Shown: positions 1 to 10,750 of the stretch, piece after piece
Numbering within the stretch: the stretch's first letter is position 1
How the letters are laid out: every line of letters begins with the position of its first letter
DNA from: Escherichia coli
GTDB taxonomy: Bacteria > Pseudomonadota > Gammaproteobacteria > Enterobacterales > Enterobacteriaceae
DNA length: 64,000 nt
Assembly (NCBI RefSeq): GCF_016026235.1
Contig: NZ_CP065613.1
Reading direction: 5' to 3' (one strand)
Notes under the pieces: generated by a model
The model's database searches: none
The model's input: only the letters and a program-made list of their open reading frames with translations
Told to the model about the DNA's origin: nothing
Program-made: the position numbers and the translations under genes

Positions 1-342
1 TAACCGCCCACCGCCTGGCACTTCCCAGATAAATCGCAACGGTTCTGCTGCCGCTATACCGGAAAAGGCCACGGTGGTTCCGCTCTGCCCCTCTAATTCG
101 ACACAACGAGATTGCGAACACAAGCGAACCCGCAGTCCTGAAGGTGTCGGGCCGATAAGCTGATAACGCCACGCTACCAGCGTCATCAATCCTGAAGCAG
201 GTTGTCGCGTAGAAAGAGGCGCAGACGACATCGACTCACCGCGATGATTTAGCGTAATTCCTACACTACTTGCCTGCCACATCCCCTCCCCGGCGGCTTG
301 CACCAGCAGCGGAAACAATAATATTGCTAATAAGGTTCTCAT
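1..342 (-). CDS. flhE: FlhE flagellar protein, partial (C-terminal part runs off the window start)
   Basis: Minus-strand translation from ATG at 340-342 gives MRTLLAILLFPLLVQAAGEGMWQASSVGITLNHRGE..., matching FlhE; start overlaps flhA stop (ATGA-type overlap). Confidence 0.85.
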   Translation of the reverse strand, partial: MRTLLAILLFPLLVQAAGEGMWQASSVGITLNHRGESMSSAPLSTRQPASGLMTLVAWRYQLIGPTPSGLRVRLCSQSRCVELEGQSGTTVAFSGIAAAEPLRFIWEVPGGGRL

Positions 343-2420
343 TATTTGCCGCCAATTGTCGCCGTCATGCGGATATGTCGGTTATCAGACAGTTCCAGAT
401 TCGACAGGACCACTAACTGCGGCAAGCTGCGGCGCAGGAAGCGAGACAATAATGGTCGCAGCGCGTGGTTCACCAACAATACTGGCGGCGCACCCAGCAT
501 CTCCTGACGGGATAGCGCTTCCTGAGTTTGCGCCAGTAAACGATCCGCCAGCCCTGGCTCCAGTCCTCCCCCGCCCTGCAGCGCCTGTAGTAACAAACGT
601 TCCAGCGGTGTATCGAGGCCAATAACATGGACTTCATCTTTGCCAGGAAACCACTGCTGGGTAATCGCCCGTCCCAACGCCACGCGCACGACGGCGGTTA
701 ATTCATGTGGATCGCTTTGGATGGGCGCATGTTCCGCCAGCGTTTCGAGAATGGTGCGCATATCGCGAATCGGTACTTTTTCATCGAGGAGATTTTGCAG
801 CACTTTATGCAGTGTGGTGAGCGTGACGACGCCAGGAACGAGATCTTCCGTCAGCTTTGGCATCTCCTGGGCGACGCGATCCAACAGCTGTTGCGCCTCC
901 TGACGACCAAACAGCTCTGCGGCATGCTGGCTAATGAGGTGGTTAAGATGCGTTGCTACCACCGTGCTGGCCTCAACCACTGTGTACCCCTGAATCTGCG
1001 CCTGTTCTTTTAGCGCACTTTCAATCCAGATAGCATTCAGGCCAAATGCCGGATCGACGGTCGCCTCACCAGGTAACGTCCCGGCAGCGGTACCAGGGTT
1101 AATTGCCAGCCAGCGCCCCGGATAAGCATCACCACTGCCAATCTCTACGCCTTTCATCAAAATACGATAACGTGCCGGTTGCAGATCCATATTGTCGCGA
1201 ATGTGCACCACCGGCGGCAAGAAGCCCATTTCCTGAGCAAATTTCTTACGAATACTACGAATACGGCCCAGCAACTCGCCATCTTGTTGGAAATCAACCA
1301 TCGGGATCAGTCGATAACCCACTTCCATTCCCAGAGAATCTTCCAGTTGTACATCGTTCCACGTCGCTTCTACAACGGTATTATTCTCTGCCATTTTTAC
1401 CGGTTTGGGTTCGGCAGGCGCTTTTTGTTCGCGTCCGCGTATCCACCAGGCCAGCCCGAGCAATCCGGCAGTGAACAGCAAAAATACCAGGTTCGGCATT
1501 CCAGGCACCAGGCCGAGTAAACCGAGCACGGCGGCGCTTAACAACATAACGCTTGGGTTACTGAAAAGCTGATTCACCATCTGCTCGCCAACATCCTGAT
1601 CGGTGCTGACACGCGTAACGATGACCCCCGCGGCGGTAGAAATCACCAGCGCCGGAATTTGTGCCACCAGACCGTCGCCAATGGTCAATAGCGTATAACT
1701 TTCCGCCGCGTGTCCCATGCTCATGCCATGTTGCAGCACGCCGACCAGCAACCCGCCGACAACGTTAATGACCATGATGAGGATCCCGGCGATGGCATCG
1801 CCGCGAACAAACTTACTTGCCCCGTCCATTGAGCCGTAAAAATCGGCTTCCTGAGTGACTTCGGAGCGGCGTTTTTTCGCCTCATCTTCACCAATCAATC
1901 CGGCGTTAAGGTCGGCGTCAATCGCCATCTGCTTACCCGGCATACCATCGAGAACAAAGCGCGCACCCACTTCTGCGATACGCCCGGCACCTTTGGTAAT
2001 GACCATAAAGTTGATGATCACGAGAATGACAAACACCACGATACCGATAGCGAAATTGCCACCAACGAGGAAGTGACCGAACGCTTCGACCACCTTCCCT
2101 GCCGCCGCTGCGCCGGTATGCCCTTCCATCAAAATGATACGGGTTGAAGCCACGTTAAGTGCCAGACGCAACAGCGTGGTAAACAACAGAATGGTCGGAA
2201 ACGCAGCAAACTCGAGCGTGCGCTGGGTAAACATCGCCACCAGCAACACCATGATCGACAAGGCAATATTGAAGGTAAACAACAGGTCGAGTATGAATGC
2301 GGGCAGTGGCAGCACCATCATCGACAAGATCAACAGGATCAAAATCGGTCCGGCAAGGATCTGCCATTGTGTCGATTTCAGGTTTGCGGGCAGGCGCAGC
2401 ATCGCGGCCAGATTACTCAT
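342..2420 (-). CDS. flhA: Flagellar export apparatus protein FlhA (692 aa)
   Basis: ORF 342..2495 matches FlhA; the in-frame upstream extension is not used, start set at the conserved MSNLAAMLRLPANLKS (ATG at 2418-2420) overlapping the flhB 3' end. Confidence 0.95.
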   Translation of the reverse strand: MSNLAAMLRLPANLKSTQWQILAGPILILLILSMMVLPLPAFILDLLFTFNIALSIMVLLVAMFTQRTLEFAAFPTILLFTTLLRLALNVASTRIILMEGHTGAAAAGKVVEAFGHFLVGGNFAIGIVVFVILVIINFMVITKGAGRIAEVGARFVLDGMPGKQMAIDADLNAGLIGEDEAKKRRSEVTQEADFYGSMDGASKFVRGDAIAGILIMVINVVGGLLVGVLQHGMSMGHAAESYTLLTIGDGLVAQIPALVISTAAGVIVTRVSTDQDVGEQMVNQLFSNPSVMLLSAAVLGLLGLVPGMPNLVFLLFTAGLLGLAWWIRGREQKAPAEPKPVKMAENNTVVEATWNDVQLEDSLGMEVGYRLIPMVDFQQDGELLGRIRSIRKKFAQEMGFLPPVVHIRDNMDLQPARYRILMKGVEIGSGDAYPGRWLAINPGTAAGTLPGEATVDPAFGLNAIWIESALKEQAQIQGYTVVEASTVVATHLNHLISQHAAELFGRQEAQQLLDRVAQEMPKLTEDLVPGVVTLTTLHKVLQNLLDEKVPIRDMRTILETLAEHAPIQSDPHELTAVVRVALGRAITQQWFPGKDEVHVIGLDTPLERLLLQALQGGGGLEPGLADRLLAQTQEALSRQEMLGAPPVLLVNHALRPLLSRFLRRSLPQLVVLSNLELSDNRHIRMTATIGGK

Positions 2421-3561
2421 GGGTCGGTTTCTCGTTAATAAAATCCAGGGCTTCCGGCACCGGAAGATGAGTAGGTTGTACAGGGCGCTGTCCACCAGCC
2501 AGACGCCAGCGTTTCAGTTGCCAGACCTAGGCCAGCACTTCCGCCACCGCGGCGTACAGTTGACCCGGGATTTGTTGACCAATCTCCGCATGTCGATACA
2601 GCGCTCGCGCCAGCGGCGGCGCTTCAAGCGTCGGGACGTTATTTTCAGCGCCAATTTCACGAATGCGCAGCGCGACCAGCCCTGCACCTTTAGCGACCAC
2701 TTTCGGTGCGCTCATTTTGTTTTCGTCATACTGCAACGCTACCGAATAGTGGGTCGGGTTATTGACAATGACATCCGCTTTCGGCACATCGGCCATCATC
2801 CGACGCCGTGCAGCCGCTCGCTGCATCTGACGGATCCGCCCTTTAACATGGGGGTCGCCTTCGCTTTGTTTGAACTCATCACGAATATCCTGCCGCGACA
2901 TACGCAGCTTTTTCAGGTGGCTGAAGATTTGGAAAAAGACGTCAAATCCCACCATTGGAATGACACCAAGCACCACCAGCAGTGCGCATAGCCCTACCAG
3001 ATCCATCGCATTACCCATGGCGGTAATCGGAGACTCGGCCATTAAGCGCATCATCTGCGGCCAGTGATGCCAGAGAAAAAACCCCGTCACGCTGCCAACC
3101 AGGATGGTTTTCAAAATTGCTTTAAGTAACTCCGCGCCAGTCTGTGCCGAGAACATCCGTTTAATGCCCGGTAGCGGGTTGAGTTTGGAAAACTTCGGCT
3201 GCAAGGATTTGCCGCTAAATACCAGCCCTCCCAGCATGACCGGAGAAATGAGCGCCACCAGCACCACGCAGCTAATCAGCGGTAGCAGCGCCAGCATGGC
3301 TTCTCTGATCAGCAGAATAAACTGCCCGAGGATCAGATTCGGGTCATTGATAATACTGTGATCAAAATGCAGCCCAGCGGAGAGCATGCCCGACAATCGA
3401 CGGGCCAGGGACACACCGCCAAACCAGATAACACACACGCCCACCAGCAAAATCAGCAGTGAAGTCAGTTCACGGGAACGTGGGATTTGCCCCTCTTCCC
3501 GCGCTTTTTCTAGTCGGTGAGGTGTGGGGGCTTCTGTTTTGTCGTCGCTCTCGTCAGACAC
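2413..3561 (-). pseudogene. flhB: FlhB flagellar export switch protein with premature amber codon (TAG at 2527-2529); encodes 344 aa instead of ~382
   Basis: ORF 2527..3561 matches FlhB to ...AVAEVLA then TAG. The same frame continues after the stop (VWQLKRWRLAGGQRPVQPTHLPVPEALDFINEKPTHE*) to the expected stop overlapping the flhA start, so this is a point nonsense change, not the native end. Confidence 0.8.
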
Positions 3562-3796
3562 GTCGCCAATCCTGGAAAGAGTATTAAGCGTAAATGATGC
3601 CAGAGCGCAAAGCGTTCAATGGTTTGAGTAAGGGGCAAAACCGGCGGGATTTAGGACGTTTATGCAAAAATAGGTTCAGTTGCAGAACGTTTTGCGAACC
3701 ATTTTCCAGTTCTGATATTTAGCCATTTAGCCTATAGAATCGCCCACCGCCTCTCTGTTAGTTTGCTAATAATTAAATTATTACAAAGGTGATCAA

Positions 3797-5305
3797 ATGG
3801 AATGGCAACAATTGCTTAACTGCAACCGTCGGAAAGATAATCTAAAAAAAACCAACATAGCATTTTTACATCCCCTTGCTAGCGGAAGACAAGAGATCGA
3901 ACGGGATTACGACCGATTACTTTTTGCTGCGCCAACTCGTCGCCTTGCGGATAAAACACAAGTTTTCCCGTTAGATCAAAATGACAGCATACGGACGAGA
4001 CTGACTCATTCTCACGAAGTAGCAAACTTTGCTCGCGGAATAGGAATGAGACTCGCTTTCGAGATGAAGGAGCACATCTTTGGCGAAATACCCACGGGGA
4101 TTGTCGTTGAACGCGACGTTCCTGCTCTGTTAGCAGCGATCGGACTGGCACACGATCTCGGTAATCCACCATTTGGGCATCAAGGTGAAGCAGCGATGCG
4201 CGCATGGTTTAATAAAAATCTTCCAGGTCTTCTTGATAAAGAAGTAAACAGCGAAATATATAACGACTTTCTGCAATTTGATGGAAACTCACAAACCCTG
4301 CGCCTGGTTACCAAATTACAAATTATTAACGATAACTTTGGTCTGAATTTGACCTATGCCACGCTGGCTGCACTGATCAAATATCCCCGAGCTTCATATT
4401 CATCGGACAAACATTGGAAAAAGCACGGTTTTTTCTATTCTGAGCATGAGGTTGTCATGGATGTCTGGCAGCAAACGGGCCTTGGCGTACCAGGTAATGA
4501 TGCCGGTTGCCGCCACCCATTTACCTGGATAATGGAAGCTTGCGACGATATTGCCTACTCTGTGCTTGACGCAGAAGATACCATCAAGAAAGGATTTGCC
4601 TCATACCAGGATTTGCGTGATTTTTTGATGTCACAATCCGGGGCGAACGATGTAATTGAAAATGTTATTAAAGCTGTAGAGGCCAAAAATGACGCCTGGA
4701 AAGAGCAAAGAAATGCACTTTCACCGGCAGAAATTAATGAACTCAGTATGCAAATGTTCAGAGTGTATGCCACCAGTGCATTGATTAATGCCGTAGTAGA
4801 AGCCTTTCGCGAACAATTACCCACGCTGATGCAGCGTGACTGCCCGTTCAAAGATTTAATCTCGCAAAGCAAAGGTCACGCCCTCTGCACTGCCCTGAAA
4901 ATGTTCGACCGAACACGAGGCTACCTTCATCGTTCAGTCTTGCAACTGGAACTTAGGGGGTCTAATTACATTACTAACTTGATGGATATGCTCTGGATTG
5001 GCATCCATGGACACAAAACAAAGAAAGAACGAGACGGAGAACGCGAGTCCGCGTCTGCAGATAACCTTTTTGTTTCTCGTGAAGAATACCTGTCGGATAC
5101 TCCCTTTGGTCGCTATGCTTACGGGACAATATCTGAAAATTATCGCCGTGTGTTTGAAGATCCCGCCAATACACTCCCTGTTCTTTATAAAGAAGCGCAG
5201 TTGCTTACCGACGCAATCTCAGGCATGACGGATAGTTATTTAATGCGCCTTCACGATGAGCTAAAATCACTGTATGAATGTGGTCTCAAACACCCAACAG
5301 CTTGA
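3797..5305 (+). CDS. Dgt-family dGTP triphosphohydrolase-like HD-domain protein (502 aa)
   Basis: Motifs RTRLTHSHEVANF, LAHDLGNPPFGHQGE, FDGNSQTLRLV and FTWIMEACDDIAYSVLD align with conserved blocks of E. coli Dgt (recalled). RBS AAGGTGA 7 nt upstream of ATG. AT-rich relative to flanking che/flh genes. Confidence 0.8.
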   Translation: MEWQQLLNCNRRKDNLKKTNIAFLHPLASGRQEIERDYDRLLFAAPTRRLADKTQVFPLDQNDSIRTRLTHSHEVANFARGIGMRLAFEMKEHIFGEIPTGIVVERDVPALLAAIGLAHDLGNPPFGHQGEAAMRAWFNKNLPGLLDKEVNSEIYNDFLQFDGNSQTLRLVTKLQIINDNFGLNLTYATLAALIKYPRASYSSDKHWKKHGFFYSEHEVVMDVWQQTGLGVPGNDAGCRHPFTWIMEACDDIAYSVLDAEDTIKKGFASYQDLRDFLMSQSGANDVIENVIKAVEAKNDAWKEQRNALSPAEINELSMQMFRVYATSALINAVVEAFREQLPTLMQRDCPFKDLISQSKGHALCTALKMFDRTRGYLHRSVLQLELRGSNYITNLMDMLWIGIHGHKTKKERDGERESASADNLFVSREEYLSDTPFGRYAYGTISENYRRVFEDPANTLPVLYKEAQLLTDAISGMTDSYLMRLHDELKSLYECGLKHPTA

Positions 5306-6026
5306 ACAGCGTATCGCCGATTTTTTTACGCTTAGTGATGAGCATAAGAAAGCCAGAGTATTACTTGATACTCTGGCCTGTTCCTGTCCGGCCTGGATTT
5401 TTGGCGGGATGGTGCGTGACTTAGGCTTGTTTGGCGTCGAAGGATTCTCTTCAGACCTTGATATCGTCATCGGTCGCTCGCGTGAGGAACTCTTCCAGAC
5501 ATTGGCTGAACTGCCCGTCAAACAACTGCGTTTTAATAAGTTTGGTGGGATCCGTTTTCGTTATCACGACTTCGAATTTGATATCTGGAACCTCAATGAG
5601 ACATGGGCATTTCGGGAAAAACTTATATTTTGTGAGGATGAATCAAGTCTGTTAAACACTACGCTAATGAGTTGGGATGCCGTGCTCTATGATCTACGTA
5701 GTGAAAAAATTATCAGTAAAGATAATTATTTGACCGATTTAAATCGCAGACATCTTGAACTTGTTCTTCATACTAACCCCAATCCAAGCGGTTCGGTAAC
5801 GAAGATTTTACGCACTATTTTTACTAAGCAGGTAAAGAGTTTAGGGCCGGAACTCTGTCATTTCTTGCACCATGAACTGACGAAAAAACGTTATGAAGTA
5901 TGGCATCACTACGATGTACTGCACTACCAATCATCGTCATTTTCTCGTTCACAATTTAATGCATTGATAAATTTACTGGCGCAACAATCACGCTTCGCTG
6001 ATCTAAAATTATCAAACTACAAATAA
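5274..6026 (+). CDS. Minimal nucleotidyltransferase, CCA-adding enzyme / poly(A) polymerase head-domain type (250 aa)
   Basis: WIFGGMVRDLGLFGVEGFSSDLDIVIG matches the GGxVRDxLLG...DxD head motif of class II tRNA nucleotidyltransferases/PcnB. Start overlaps the upstream dGTPase-like ORF by 32 nt; exact start codon uncertain. Confidence 0.6.
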   Translation: MNVVSNTQQLEQRIADFFTLSDEHKKARVLLDTLACSCPAWIFGGMVRDLGLFGVEGFSSDLDIVIGRSREELFQTLAELPVKQLRFNKFGGIRFRYHDFEFDIWNLNETWAFREKLIFCEDESSLLNTTLMSWDAVLYDLRSEKIISKDNYLTDLNRRHLELVLHTNPNPSGSVTKILRTIFTKQVKSLGPELCHFLHHELTKKRYEVWHHYDVLHYQSSSFSRSQFNALINLLAQQSRFADLKLSNYK

Positions 6027-6113
6027 CCATCCTCCACGTACTCCCTGAACGAAACCCGCCACCCTGCTATCGGCCTGGCATCATCGCGCAGGCCGAAGTT
6101 CAGGCAATACAAA

Positions 6114-6758
6114 TCAAAATCCAAGACTATCCAACAAATCGTCCACCTGATCCTGACTGGCTACCACACCGGCTTTGCTGGTATCGACCTGAGGTCCATT
6201 AAGCAAACTCTGGTTTTCACGTTTTGGACGCGACTCCTGTTCCGGGATGTTTTCCAACAGCACCATCAGCAACTGGCGTTCGATCTCCTGAATGACATCC
6301 ATCATCCGCTTAATGACCTGCCCGGTGAGATCCTGAAAATCCTGCGCCATCATGATTTCCAGCAGTTGCGCGTTAGTAAAGCTGGTATGCGCGGGTACAT
6401 CTGCCAGAAATTGTCGTGTATCTGTTACCAGTTCACGGGCGTCGGCAAGGTCAATCGGATCGGCAAACCAGTCATCCCAACGTTGGGTTAACGCTTTTGC
6501 TGATTTCTCCATTTGATCCTGATGCGGTTGTGACGCCTCAACACTGTTCAGCGCCCGCTCCGCAGCCTGGGCGGTCATCTGCACAACATAGTACAAACGA
6601 TCGCGCGCATCGGGGATGGCTTCCGCCGCTTCGGCAATGGCCTGATCCAGCCCCAGTTCCCGCAAACTGTCGCGCAGCATACGCGTCAGGCTGCCGATGC
6701 GCGCAATGATATCGCCAGCTGAATGCTCGTCAGCAGGTTTGATTGATGGTTGCATCAT
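6114..6758 (-). CDS. cheZ: Chemotaxis phosphatase CheZ (214 aa)
   Basis: ORF matches CheZ from [18 protein letters not shown]; start placed at the ATGATG at 6753-6758 rather than the upstream in-frame ATG. Confidence 0.93.
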
Positions 6759-6768
6759 AGTCGCATCC

Positions 6769-8222
<1,454 letters not shown>

Positions 8223-8224
8223 CG

Positions 8225-9085
8225 TTAATCCTTACTTAGCGCATACACCGTCTGACCACGCAGCGTGAAGCGGCGCTCAAGGTGGCTAAAGTTTTCAGAG
8301 TGACCCGCAAACAGCAATCCGTCGGGTTTAAGGAGCGGAACAAAGCGGCGCAAAATCTCCTGCTGGGTATTTTGATCGAAGTAGATCATGACGTTACGAC
8401 AGAAGATCGCATCAAACGGCCCCGGCACGGTGTACTGTTTCGCCAGTAAATTCAGCGGGGCAAAATCAACATAGTTCGCCAGCTCCTGACGCACGCGTAC
8501 CAGCCCTTCATGCGGTCCCGTCCCTCGCATGAAATACCGTTGCAGTTGCTGCGGCGTCAGGTTTTTCAACTCTTCATGGCGATAAATACCGCTTCTGGCT
8601 TTTTCCAGCACTTCGGTGTCGATATCGCTGGCAAACACTTTCCAGCGTCCGGGCGCGGTGCCCAATGTGTCAGCCAGCGTCATCGCAATGCTGTATGGCT
8701 CTTCGCCGGTTGAAGCCGCCGCGCTCCATACGCGATACTCGCCAGAACGGCGACGTGCGTGATCCGCGAGCAGAGGGAAATGATGTGCCTCACGGAAAAA
8801 TGCCGTCAGATTCGTGGTCAGCGAATTGATAAACGCCTGCCACTCACCGCTGTGCTGATTAGATTCCAGCAAGTTCAGATAATGACCGAAATCCGTCAGT
8901 CCCAGCGAACGCAAACGACGAACCAGTCGGTTGTAAACCATGTCGCGTTTATGATCGGCCAGGACGATCCCGGCTCGTTGATAGATCAATTGACTTATCC
9001 GCCGAAAATGCGCGTCGGAAAGCGCCAGGCGCTCGGTCATCTGTAACAATAAAGACGTTTGCCCACAGGGCAGAGATGAAGTCAT
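8225..9085 (-). CDS. cheR: Chemotaxis methyltransferase CheR (286 aa)
   Basis: Full-length match [30 protein letters not shown]... Confidence 0.96.
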   Translation of the reverse strand: MTSSLPCGQTSLLLQMTERLALSDAHFRRISQLIYQRAGIVLADHKRDMVYNRLVRRLRSLGLTDFGHYLNLLESNQHSGEWQAFINSLTTNLTAFFREAHHFPLLADHARRRSGEYRVWSAAASTGEEPYSIAMTLADTLGTAPGRWKVFASDIDTEVLEKARSGIYRHEELKNLTPQQLQRYFMRGTGPHEGLVRVRQELANYVDFAPLNLLAKQYTVPGPFDAIFCRNVMIYFDQNTQQEILRRFVPLLKPDGLLFAGHSENFSHLERRFTLRGQTVYALSKD

Positions 9086-9103
9086 AGCGCCTTCTCAATC
9101 ACT

Positions 9104-10705
9104 TCAGGATACCACTGGCGCAATTTGTAACTGCGCCGACTCATGTCGTGCTACTTCATGTTCTTCAAGGGTAAATACCGCCACACGCGACGAAAGATGG
9201 TCGGCCTGATTCGCCAGTTGTTCCGTTGCCACCGCCGCTTCTTCTACCAGCGAGGCGTTCTGCTGAGTCACCTGATCCATCTGGCTGACAGCCTGTGCAA
9301 CCTGCTCAATCCCCCGCTGTTGTTCTTCCGACGCAGAGGCAATTTCTCCCATAATGTCGTTCACGCGGGTCACCGAACTGACAATATCGATCATGGTCGC
9401 GGCGGCGTTATTCACCAGTTTCGAACCCTGCTGGACACGATTGACTGACTCTTCGATCAGCCCTTTGATCTCTTTTGCTGCCTGCGCGCTACGGCTGGCA
9501 AGATTGCGCACTTCACCTGCCACTACCGCAAAACCACGCCCCTGCTCTCCGGCGCGAGCCGCTTCCACTGCCGCATTCAGGGCCAGAATATTGGTCTGGA
9601 AAGCAATTCCGTCGATAACGCTGATAATGTCGCCAATTTTTTGCGAGCTGGTGGCGATCTCCTGCATGGTGTGAGTCATGGTACTGACCTGAACACCGCC
9701 CGCCTGCGCCGTTGTCGCGGCATTTTTTGCCAGTTCCGACGCCTGTCGTGCGTTATCGGCGTTTTGCCCTACCGTGGCGGTTAATTGCTCCATACTGGCG
9801 GCCGTTTGTGCCAGCGATGCCGCCTGCTGTTCGGTACGACTTGAGAGATCGTTATTGCCTGCGACAATCTCCGCGATACCAATGTGCATCTCCTGGCTTC
9901 CCTTACGCACATCACTTACCGTCCCACGCAAAGCCTGCTGCATGGTCTTCAGACTGGCAAAAATGGCGGTGATCTCATTACGACCATATACCGCAATCGG
10001 ACGCGCCAGATTACCCGCAGCAATGCTGTCAAAATGGCTACCAATAATGGCCAGTGGTTGAACAATCATCTTGCGCGTCCACCACAGCGCACTGCTGATG
10101 TAGATTGCCGCAACAATAATCATGCTGATAAACACCAGCGCCGAAATCTGATAGTTACGCTGACTTTGCGCACTGGCGGCTTCCAGCACATGGTTGATCT
10201 CCAGCTGCCAGGCCTCAAAGTTAACGTCAAACGCATTCTGTGATCCCTGCACCGGCGCAGTGAGGAAATCCGAAAGTTGATTACTTTCAAGCCAGGTCGC
10301 CTGATGTTCGAGATCGTTGTGCCAGCGGGCAAAACTTTTCTCCGTCTCTTTTTGCAATGCCCTGACGTGCTCGTTGCCCGCAGTCATCGCCATAAAACTT
10401 TTAAACAGCGTGGTGGATTGCGTCAGACTGGCGCGCACCGTCGTCATCAACGTTTTAATGTCATCCGCCGGATAGCTAAGTGCCGTCAGAGTGCCCGCTT
10501 TGTTCAGCGCGGTACTGGCCTGTAACATTACCGCCCGAGTTTGCGCTAATGCCGCACGTTGCTGATTGCTCTGCTCGACCTGATTCAGTCGTTGCAAATC
10601 GTCGCGAAATGCCCAAAAAGACATGCCGTTACTGCCAATCTGCAAGATCCCGCAGAGAATCAAAATTAAAAACAGCGTGGTCGAAATTCGAATACGATTA
10701 AACAT
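9104..10705 (-). CDS. tap: Methyl-accepting chemotaxis protein IV Tap (dipeptide/pyrimidine chemoreceptor)
   Basis: Matches Tap from MFNRIRISTTLF (second Met of the ORF); HAMP and conserved MCP signalling domain present. Confidence 0.94.
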   Translation of the reverse strand: MFNRIRISTTLFLILILCGILQIGSNGMSFWAFRDDLQRLNQVEQSNQQRAALAQTRAVMLQASTALNKAGTLTALSYPADDIKTLMTTVRASLTQSTTLFKSFMAMTAGNEHVRALQKETEKSFARWHNDLEHQATWLESNQLSDFLTAPVQGSQNAFDVNFEAWQLEINHVLEAASAQSQRNYQISALVFISMIIVAAIYISSALWWTRKMIVQPLAIIGSHFDSIAAGNLARPIAVYGRNEITAIFASLKTMQQALRGTVSDVRKGSQEMHIGIAEIVAGNNDLSSRTEQQAASLAQTAASMEQLTATVGQNADNARQASELAKNAATTAQAGGVQVSTMTHTMQEIATSSQKIGDIISVIDGIAFQTNILALNAAVEAARAGEQGRGFAVVAGEVRNLASRSAQAAKEIKGLIEESVNRVQQGSKLVNNAAATMIDIVSSVTRVNDIMGEIASASEEQQRGIEQVAQAVSQMDQVTQQNASLVEEAAVATEQLANQADHLSSRVAVFTLEEHEVARHESAQLQIAPVVS

Positions 10706-10750
10706 CAACGCTCCCCATCAGGCGGCAATGACCGCGTTAGTAAATACTCG

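Noticed and set aside
2421-2495. In-frame upstream extension of flhA (MDSALYNLLIFRCRKPWILLTRNRP)
   Set aside because: It is the flhB 3' region read in another frame; the conserved FlhA N-terminus begins at the ATG at 2418-2420.
2134-2991. 285 aa plus-strand ORF overlapping flhA/flhB, and similar long antisense ORFs inside che/mot/MCP genes (for example 10964..11599, 11010..11588, 14667..15083, 9354..9674)
   Set aside because: They lie antisense to strongly supported conserved genes, have no recognisable protein features, and are typical of GC-rich coding regions read in the wrong frame.
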